Assembly: GCA_964016885.1 (NCBI GenBank)
Contig: OZ024743.1
Coordinates: 43,586,001-43,650,000, forward strand
DNA: 64,000 bases
Direction: 5' to 3'
Source of the DNA: Eledone cirrhosa
Lineage: Eukaryota
Under the pieces are notes generated by a model that worked only from the letters and a program-made list of their open reading frames with translations, was not told the DNA's origin and made no database searches. The position numbers were made by a program, and so were the translations under genes. Below are positions 54,667 through 64,000 of this stretch, piece by piece (the first letter of the stretch is position 1; each line of letters begins with the position of its first letter).

Positions 54667-54704
<38 letters not shown>

Positions 54705-54713
<9 letters not shown>

Positions 54714-54733
54714 AGAGAGAAAGATGGGGAAAG

Positions 54734-54779
<46 letters not shown>

Positions 54780-54801
54780 CTTTCTCCATCTTTCTCTCTC
54801 T

Positions 54802-54810
<9 letters not shown>
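54705..54810. repeat. Inverted repeat around a (TA)n tract
   Basis: tgtgtgtgtagagagaaagatggggaaaggaa-(TA)n-ttcctttctccatctttctctctctacacacaca. Confidence 0.75.
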
Positions 54811-54841
<31 letters not shown>

Positions 54842-54897
54842 GAATATATATATATACACATATATATATATAAATATATATAGATATATAGATATAA

Positions 54898-54942
<45 letters not shown>

Positions 54943-54961
54943 TATATATATAAATACATAT

Positions 54962-55059
<98 letters not shown>

Positions 55060-55103
55060 TATGTATATATACTATGTATATATATATATATATAAATAAA
55101 CAT

Positions 55104-55176
<73 letters not shown>

Positions 55177-56267
55177 TTATATATATATAACCGTGGGTGT
55201 CTGTATGTGTGTGTGTGTATGTTTGTATTGATAAGTAGCTAGATATAGATACATAGATAGTTACGTATAATTATGCCTAACAAAAGAGTGGTCTCTTTTG
55301 AAGTTATACATTAAGGATAAATACATCATGTTCGAATTAGTGCTAAGTCTCATTTGTCGAATGGAACAAGTTATATATTTTCACCTGGAGGCTGTTTTTC
55401 TTTATGAAATAAAAGAAAACGATAATAAATATACAGATAAAATAAGCTGCTTAGATATTTCTTCTGTAAGGAAATGCAAATTTATATATCTAAATACATA
55501 GTTGTTACACTATTCTACAAATAAAAGTTAAATATACGGAAAAAACAAAGAGAAATATTTGATGGTATTTTTACGATTTATTTTCTGCTGTATTTTAAAC
55601 TGAAATATAGTTACATTAATTACATAAAGTTGTACGGCAGTATGCATACCCGTGCCTTTATCTTGACAGAAATTTGTAATGATGATCAAAAATAGAATCT
55701 TATGGAGATTTATTCACCGTTTCGATACGATATTATAATCCATTTTGTAGATTCCCACCTTATGATACATAATAATAACTATGTTATATGGGTTATTTTT
55801 CCTTATGTAGCGAATACAATTTGTTATGTTTCGTTAATTTTATTACAATTATTTTGATGTTCATAAAGTAAAATAACCAGAAATATTCCGTAACAGAACA
55901 AATTACCTCATATAATGTCGACAGGAATAGACAAAAATAATTTTTTAGAAAATATATTATACCGGAGTATATATATGTATATAAATAAAAACTACATATA
56001 TTTATGAATGAGAAGCGAACATAATGAAGAAGTAGAAGAAAGTCAAACTTAAAACGATATAAGTAGATATATGTATTGATGTTCCAGCTATGCATTTATA
56101 TACTTATATCAATCTAAAGTACTCAAGCATGACCGTAATATAATAGTTGACATTTACTAAAAACAGATATGGAACTATATGCATAGTTAGGCAGAGGCAT
56201 AAATTTTATAGATAGGCCGGTAGATATATAGTTGGATAGATAGATAGATATATAGATAGATATATAA

Positions 56268-56364
56268 ATTTATTTATTAGCCACAAGGGCACAAAAGAAG
56301 GGGACAAATTCAAATGAGGAATTTACATATAGGTATATGAAAATAAAACTATTAATACAATAAC
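56268..56364 (-). mobile_element. Very short Tx1-like LINE 3'-end insertion between (GATA)n tracts
   Basis: ttattagccacaagggcacaaaagaaggggacaaat is homologous to the 3' ends at 56400 and 59916. Confidence 0.72.
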
Positions 56365-56397
<33 letters not shown>

Positions 56398-56398
56398 T

Positions 56399-59300
56399 GT
56401 TTCTTTTATTTGCCACTAGGGCATCAAAAGTGGGACAAGTACAGAGGGGGGAGTTTACACAAAAAGGCGTCCTCAATAAGGAGGAGGCAATAACAAAATA
56501 TAAAAATAAAATAAGATATAACAAAAAATAAAATTTATAACAAAATCCTCAATAGAGAGGAGGCGCCTTGGGGGGTCGCACACACCCCCGAAAAAAGTGT
56601 GCAACCCTTCTCCTCAGGAGCACAGAGAAGGGGTGCTCTCTTGGTCTTTCATCTTCCTCACCTATAGTCTGATGTAGAGTGAAGGCCCATTCACACGGGC
56701 CATTCTCGCCACTTTCACCCATCTTTCATAGAAACGGCTGGGGTGCAGCACCTCTCTCTCCATCCTGATCCTTCTTCCGAAATGATATCGGAAGAAACGG
56801 ACCAGTTGTTGGCCAGAGAGAAAGGTGCCTGACCTCAGTCCTTTCAGACGCGTCCACCATACAACCTCTTTCGCCATGGCTATTACGCACAGAAACACCA
56901 CCTCTGCTTCATCTTTGAAGGGGGGAGGCGGCTTGATCATTACAATAGACTCGGTGGTCAACCGGATCGGTCCCACCCTTGACAGCAGTTGTTCGACATA
57001 GCCCCACAGATCGGCTACGCCCGAGCAGTGTACCAATGCGTGTGCAACGGTTTCCTCGTCGCACACGCATCTGGGACAGATCTTTTTGGCGGAGTCCCTA
57101 CCCGGGCGCCGGTGTCTGTAGAGCCTTTCTCGAACGGGTAAAGCCCCTCGGTAGCACTGCCAGGCCAGGGACTTCTGGAAGTTGTCCATAGGTCCCGGGC
57201 TGAATGTCCTACCGAACAGGCTGGCCAGTTCGTCCTCCTCCATGTCTAGGGCTTCTCCGAGGGCGTCGTCGCACCTGCTGCGTACCAGCCCTCTATAGAA
57301 TGTTGCGGTGGAGTCTCCACTGATAACCGGATCCGCCTGCCAGAGGGCGGTGAGCGCCTGCGCACACTCAGTGTGCCAGGCGCCCAGTTTTCTCGGTCTT
57401 TGCTTGACCCAGGATTGCAGCTCAGTGAGTGAGACGAGTCTGGGAAAGGTTCGTCTCACAATCGAGGCCGACACCGGTTGTCCGGTGAGGAATACGTAGA
57501 GGTGCCGTAGCCTTAATGCGTGTTTACGCATCATTAGCCACGGCATCCCCAGCCCTCCTTTCGAAGGGTGTTGACAGCAGATGGATCTCCTCACCATAGG
57601 AGCCCGCCTCTTCCAAAGGAATTGGAAGAGCGCGCGCTCCATCTTGGTGAGGGTTTCCCTTGGGCAGGGCACTACGGTCAGGCGGTAGTAGATGACGGAC
57701 GCTATGTAGGTGTTCGCCACCTCCGCCCGACCTTTCAGGGATAGTTTGCAACTGGCCCACTTCTGGGTCAGTGCAAACACCCTGTTCGTAACCTCCGCCC
57801 AGTTTTTCTCCACCTGGAGGTCCCGTCCGAACCAGACCCCAAGCAACTTCACCGGGCCCTCCGTCCAGCGTCCGACGACGCCATCGGAGGGCATCGGTCT
57901 GCCCCTCCACGTGCCGAGTTGCAAACCGATAGACTTGTCCCGGTTCAGCTTAGCCCCTGTGAACTTTTCGTACTCCTCCAGTAAGGTGCCGACCGCCTCG
58001 ATTTCGGAGGCCGTCGACACCATTACTGTCACGTCATCGGCGTAGGCCGACACCGCTTTCCGCAATCCCGGTTCCAAAGGGATGCCCTGCAACAACTCCA
58101 ACTTCCGCAGTAGTGGCTCGAGAGTCAACACATACAGAAGGGAGGAGAGAGGGCACCCTTGTCGGATGGACCGCCCGATTTTGAACGGCTCCGAGAGGTA
58201 GCCGTTCACCTTGACCCTAGAGCAGATGCGGCTGCTGTGCATAGCAGTGATCCAGCCCCTGAAAACGGGTCTGAAGCCTGCCGCCGCTAGCACCGCATCC
58301 AGGTAACCATGGTCGACCCTATCGAACGCCTTAGATTGATCCAAGTTGATCAGAACCCCACCAAAGCCGGGTTCGTTCCCAACCCTCTCTATGATGTATC
58401 GCATGAGGTGGAGGTTGTCATGGATGGACCTGGACGGGATAGCGCATGTCTGCGCATCTCCCACCAGGTTGCCCACGACAAGCGCCAACCTCTTTGCTAG
58501 CAACTTGGCCAAAATCTGTAACTCTGTATTTGGCAGAGTTATGTGCCTGAAGTTACTTATTTCGTCCCCCTTGTTCTCGTCCTTCCTCACTAGCGTGACT
58601 ACGCCATTGGTCACAGTACAGGGAATTCTCCCGTTCTGTTGCCAGTTGCAGTAGACCGCCTCGAGGAGATCGGGGAACAAGTCCGGCATAGCTAGATATA
58701 ATTCGTAAGGAAGACCATCGAGACCCGTGGATTTGCGTTTGCCGAATTGGCTCAGCACGTCCTCTATCTCAGCGGCCGAAATCGGCTCCTCGCAGGACTT
58801 CGCCTCCCTGTCCGAGAGGCGCGGCAGGCCGTCGAGGTATGGACCGAAGTCCACGTTCCCAACCGGCTCCCCGCCCCTCCCGAACAGTCGGGCAAAGTGC
58901 CTTTGAAAGGCCTCACACATCTGCTTAGGCTCAAGAATCGCCCGTCCATCCAGGTCTCGCAAAGACCGGATGGTGGATTTAGTTCCACTGTTGGCCTCTG
59001 TCACGAGGGCCCAGCTAACAGCTTTGGTCCCCTCGTTCCCTAGAGCACGTATTTTACTTCGGACAACGCAGCCTTCGTGCTTCGCGTCGAAAAACTGGCT
59101 CAAAGCCGTTCTCGACGCTAGCACTCTGGCCACGTCGCCGCTTCTAATTGCCTCTTCTACTCTATCTATTAGCTCCCTTTCCTTCCTATTCCTATCCGCA
59201 GCTAGAACCTTACTAAATTCTATCGAGACTACTCTAATCTCTCTCTTTAGAGATACACACCACCTGCTGTTGACGATCGCTCCACTCAACCGTTCCTTAA

Positions 59301-59883
59301 CTAACGTACTAATCCGATTCCTGTAGGCTCTACTTGTCGGCAAGGACAAGTTGAGCTTCCAGTAACCGTGGCCCTGTCTATGAGTTCTGTCAAGGTTGAC
59401 CATGCAGGTCACTAATTTGTGGTCTGAATAGCCAAACATGCGCATTTTTGGACAACTTAAAAAGTCCTTATCCTTAATTCTAACTAAGAACCTATCTAGG
59501 TACGACCTAGATGATCCGCTACGATTTGCCCAAGTCCAGGTTGGCGCAGTCGGAAAATCTAGTCGATATCTATCGGCCAGGTCAAATCGACCGATTAACC
59601 CTTTGAGGATATTACACCCCTCTCTATCGGGTCAGGCCCCTACGTAGTCCCAGCGTGCATCTAGGATACCATTCCAGTCCCCCACTAATAGCAAGGAGCG
59701 GGACGTCCCTAGAAAAGTCTCCAGACGATGGAAGAAGTCCGGCCGCATTGACCCGAAAGGGCCGTAGGCGGCTACCAACCTAAACGCTCCGCCTTTACCA
59801 CTGCCAAGGTCCAGAACCACTAGTCGACCCCCCGGGTCCAAATGTACCATCTGTGTTGCGAGACCCAGATGTTTTTGCAGCAG
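56399..59883 (-). mobile_element. Tx1/L1-clade LINE copy A, 5'-truncated within the APE domain
   Basis: ORF2, 3' UTR with AATAAA running into (TATC)n, and a 5' junction at (GATA)n. Confidence 0.92.
56662..59880 (-). pseudogene. ORF2 (partial APE endonuclease, RT, CCHC zinc knuckle) with one in-frame TGA at 59632-59634
   Basis: GDWN, SDH, GYWKLN, DQSKAFD, QGCPLS, YADD, CPRC..ETVAHALVHC. ORFs 59632-59850 and 56662-59445 are in the same frame. Confidence 0.92.

Positions 59884-59915
<32 letters not shown>
59884..59915. repeat. (GATA)n tract separating LINE copies
   Basis: Similar tracts at 56365-56397 and 56220-56265. Confidence 0.95.
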
Positions 59916-60129
59916 TTCTTTATTTACCATAAAGGCATAAAAAGAAGGGACAAATACAAAGGGGGAGTTTACATATAATCGAGTAAAAAGGGTGTAACAT
60001 GAAAATAATCGAAAATAACCTCAAAACGGAGGGGACGTGATGGGGGTTGCACACAGCCCCGAAAAAGTGTGCAATCCTTTGCCCGGGGAGCACATGGAGA
60101 AGGTGCTCCCCTCTCCTTTACTTCTTTAC

Positions 60130-63100
60130 CTACAGGATGGTATACAGAGAAGGCCCATTTACACGAGCCATTCTCGCCACTATCACCCACCTTTCATAAA
60201 ACTGCCTGTGTCCAAGCACCTCTCTCTCCATTCTTATCCTTCTTCCGAAGTGATATCGGAAGAAGTAGACCAGACTATGGCCAGAGAGGAAGTTGCTGAC
60301 CTCAGACCTTTCAATCGTGTCCACCAAACAACCTCTTTCAACATGGCTATTACGCACAGAAAAACCGCCTTTGCTTCCTTTGTGAAGAGGGGAGGCGGTT
60401 TGATTGTCATCACGGACTCGGCGGTCAATTTAATCGGCGCCACCCGCGACAGCAGTTGTTCGGCGTAGCCCCACAGATCAGCCACGCCCGGACATTGCAC
60501 CAATGCGTGCGCTACGGTTTCTTCGTGACGCACGCATCTAGGGCAAATCTTTTTTGAGGGATCCCTGCCCGGGCGCCCGTGTCTGTAGAGCCTCTCTCGA
60601 ACGGGTAGAGCCCCCCGGTAGCACTGCCAGGCCAGTGACTTCTGGAAGTTGTCCATTGGTCCTGGGCCGAAAGTCCTACCGAACAGGCTGGCCAGTTCGT
60701 CTTCTTCCATGTCCAGCGACTCTCCAAGGGTGTCATCGCCCCTGCTAGCCACCAGCCCTCTATAGAATGATGAGGTGGATTCTCCACCGATGGCCTGGCC
60801 CGCTTGCCAGAGAGCCCTGAGCGCCTGAGCACACTCAGTGTACCAGTCTCCCAGTTTTCCGGATCTTTGCTTGACCCAGGACTGTAGCTCGGTGAGTGAG
60901 ACGAGTCTCGGAAAGGCTCGTTTCACGAACGGAGCCCACACCGGTTGACCAGTGAGGAATACCTGTAGGTGCCGTAGCCTTAATGCGTGCCTACGCATCA
61001 TCAACCACGGCATCCCCAGCCCTCCTTTCGAAGGTTGTTGGCAGCAGATGGATCTTCTCACCATAGGAGGACGCTTCTTCCAAAGAAATTGGAAGAGCAT
61101 GCGTTCCATGGTGGTGAGTGTTTCCTTAGGGCAAGGCACGACAGTCAGGCGGTAGTAAGTGACGGACGCTATGTAAATGTTCGCCACCTCTGCCCGGCCT
61201 TTTAGGGACAGCTTACACTTGGCCCATTTCTGGGTTAGTGCAAACACCTTGTTCGTAACCTCGTTCCAGTTCTTTTCCACCTGGAGGTCCGGTCCAAACC
61301 AGACCCCAAGCAACTTTACCGGGCCCTCCGTCCAGTGTCCGACGACACCGTCAGGAGGCATCGGTTTGCCTCTCCACGTTCCGAGTTGCAGCCCGATGGA
61401 TTTTTCCCGGTTCAGTTTCGCCCCTGACAACCTTTCGTACTCCTCCAGTAAGGTACCGATCGCCTCGATCTCCGAGTCGGTTGATACCATTACTGTTACG
61501 TCATCGGCGTAGGCCGACACCGCTTTGCTCAATCCTGGTTCCAGGGGGATACCCTGCAACAACTCCAACTTCCTCAGTAAAGGCTCGAGAGTCAATACGT
61601 ACAGGAGGGAGGAGAGAGGGCACCCCTGTCGAATGGATCGTGTGATTTCGAACGGCTTCGAAAGGTAGCCGTTCACCTTGATCCTAGAACAGATGTGGTT
61701 GCTATGTAGGGCAGTGATCCAGCCTCTGAAAACAGGACCGAACCCAGCCGCCGCTAGCACCGCATCCAGGTAACCATGGTCGACCCTATCGAAGGCCTTA
61801 GACTGATCCAAGTTGATCAGGGCCCCACCGAAGCCGGGTTTGTTGCCAACCCTCTCTATGATGTATCGCATGAGGTGGAGGTTATCGTGAATGGACCTGG
61901 ATGGGATAGCACATGTCTGCGCATCTCCCACCAGGCCACCCACGACAAGCGCCAACCTCTTTGCTAACACCTTGGCCAAAATCTTTAACTCTGTGTTTAG
62001 CAGGGTTATGGGCCGAAAATTATTTATACTATCCCCCTTGTTCTCGTCCTTCCTCACCAGCGTGACTACGCCCTTGGCTACAGAACAAGGAATTCTCCCG
62101 TTCTGCTGCCAATTGCAGTAGACCGCTTCGAGGAGTTCGGAGAAGAAGACCGGCATTGCTAAATAAAGTTCGTAAGGTATACCATCGAGACCTGGAGATT
62201 TGCGTCTGCTGCATTGGCTCAGCGCATCTCCGATCTCATCAGCCGAGATTGGTCCCTCGCAGGACTCTGCCTCTTCGTTCGAGAGACGCGGCAGGCCGTC
62301 GAGGTATGGACCGAAATCCACGCCCCGGCCCGGACCCTCGCCTCCCCCGAACAATCGGGCAAAGTGCTTTTGAAAGGCCTCGCACATCTGCTTAGGCTCC
62401 CGGATCACTCGTCCATGTTCGTCTTGCAACGACCGGATGGTGGATCGATTTCCACTCTTAGCTTCTGTCACGCGGGCCCATCCAACGGCTTTGGCCCCCT
62501 CATTACCTAGAGCACGTATTTTACTTCGAATGACGCAGCCTTCGTGCTTTGCATCGAAAAACTGGTTCAAGGCCGTCCTCGATGCCAGCACTCTGGCCAC
62601 ATCTTCGCTCTTGATTGCCTCTTCTAATTTACCTGTTAATTCTTTCTCGTTTCTATTCCTATCGGCAGCTAACATCTTGCTATAACTTATTGATTCTGTT
62701 CTAATCTCTCTTTTGAGAGATGCCCACCATCGGTTGTTGACGATTGCACCCGTCAACCTCTCCTTAACTAATCTGCTAATCCGGTTTCTGTAAGTCTCTT
62801 TTGCCGGTAAAGACAAATTAAGTTTCCAGTAACCGGGACCCTGTTTATGTGTTTTCTCGAGATTGACCACGCAGGTCACTAATTTGTGATCCGTGTAGCC
62901 AACCGTGCGCATTTCTGGACAGCTTAATATGTCCCTATCCTTACTTCTAACTAAGAATCTATCTAAGTACGATCTAGATTGACCACTGTGGTTTCTCCAA
63001 GTCCAGGTAGGCACAGTTGGAAAATCTAGTCGATATCTATCGACCAAGTTAAAACGGTCGAGTAACCCCTTGAGGCTGTTACACCCCCCTCTATTAGGAC

Positions 63101-63566
63101 ATGCTCCTGCATAGTCCCAACGTGCATCCAGGATGTCATTCCAATCCTCCGCTAGAAGCAGGGAACGCGACGTTCCCAGAAAAGTCTCCAAACGCTGGAA
63201 GAAGTCGGGCCGTTCAGCTCCGAGAGGGGAGTATACGGCGACCAGTCTCAAGGCCGCACTTTCACTACTGCCAACGTCTAGCACCAACAAACGACCCTCC
63301 GGGTCCGAGTGCACAACCTGTACGGCAAGACCCAGGTGTTTTAGCAGCAGTACGACAACCCCACCCCCACCTCCAGGTTGACAGAGAGATGCATGCACCT
63401 CAAAGTCATCGAAGGTGGGGGCCAGCTGCCGCACGACGCTGATTCGAGTCTCACAGATAACCATTATATTTATACTACATGACCTGAGGTCATTTAGAAG
63501 CTTTGCTTGCTTCCAAGTTGAGCCCAGGCCACGTGCATTCAAATATCCTACTCTTAACACATCCAT
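60130..63566 (-). CDS. LINE ORF2: APE endonuclease, reverse transcriptase and CCHC knuckle (1110-aa open frame to 60234; frameshift near 60295 separates the last approx. 55 aa)
   Basis: YLNARGL, CET, VYSP, (E)DWN, SYLDRFL, TDH, PGLDG, FRPITLLN, QGCPLS, YADD, CPRC..ETVAHALVQC. The true C-terminus FLSG..FFRYHFGRRIRMERE is in ORF 60130-60357. Confidence 0.93.
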
Positions 63567-63599
63567 GTGGGCGGCAGAGCCAAAGGAGAGTGTAGAGAC

Positions 63600-63842
63600 C
63601 TACCTTTCCGCTTCCCGGGGTTCGGGTTGCACGACTTCCATGGGGTCGGGGGTGTTGGGTGAAGGGGTGTCTTGTGGTGGTGTAGGGTCGTCAGTGTGTG
63701 GTGGGGTTGGGGTGTTTGGAGTTGTGTTGGGGAGGGGAAGGGGATGGGGAAAGCTTTTTAGTAGGACGCGGTTTATGGGTTTGACAGAGGGTGGTCCTAC
63801 GTCCTCCTTAAAATCCTTTTTTAGTTTTTGGTAGAGGTTCAT
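63600..63842 (-). CDS. Probable C-terminal part of LINE ORF1 (Pro/Thr-rich)
   Basis: Same strand as ORF2, and it stops 33 bp before the ORF2 ATG. No diagnostic motif. Confidence 0.45.
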   Translation of the reverse strand: MNLYQKLKKDFKEDVGPPSVKPINRVLLKSFPHPLPLPNTTPNTPTPPHTDDPTPPQDTPSPNTPDPMEVVQPEPREAER

Positions 63843-64000
63843 TGGGATCTTTATTAGTTTTAAATGTGGGTGGTTTTCTGACGAAACAAAGTTTACACCT
63901 CGGTTTGTACCGAAGGATTATTGTATATGAGTTCATTTCATTTATTATTGTTTCTGTTGATGTAAGTATAGTGTAATGTCTTTTTTTCCGATGGTGTGAG

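Larger units (their letters stand above)
59916..64000 (-). mobile_element. Tx1/L1-clade LINE copy B (complete ORF2, ORF1 end; probably continues beyond the window)
   Basis: Full APE-RT-zinc knuckle ORF, upstream Pro-rich ORF1 tail, and a 3' AATAAA running into (TATC)n. Confidence 0.92.

Noticed and set aside
59632-59634. In-frame TGA aligned to a Cys of copy B (possible selenocysteine)
   Set aside because: It is a single-base nonsense change in a 5'-truncated copy at a non-catalytic position. No SECIS was recognised.
56979-63834. Plus-strand ORFs over the LINEs, some conserved between copies A and B
   Set aside because: They are antisense shadows of GC-rich ORF2; their similarity follows from ORF2 homology.

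Overview
AT-rich, microsatellite-dense eukaryotic genomic DNA. The SINE and repeat content suggests an invertebrate, probably a cephalopod/octopus (inference). No host protein-coding gene can be supported, and almost every short ORF in the track is translated (TA)n/(TG)n or an antisense frame. The window is a retroelement patchwork. It holds three decayed Penelope-like elements (PLEs; RT thumb plus GIY-YIG), and a head-to-tail stack of Tx1/L1-clade LINEs whose junctions are (GATA)n tracts, with an older relative next to it. It also holds an RTE 3' fragment, tRNA-derived SINEs with TSDs, many fold-back PLE-terminus-like insertions in (TA)n tracts, and a 200-N gap. The main discovery is a 472-bp tandem array (about 4.1 near-identical units, 20964-22895) with a minimal type-I hammerhead ribozyme in every unit. 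A diverged 466-bp homologue on the opposite strand (12567-13098) has a hammerhead with compensatory changes in stems I and II. Together they look like a retrozyme / hammerhead-satellite family, and both loci abut PLE 5' ends. All structures were read by eye; no folding, alignment or database search was run.
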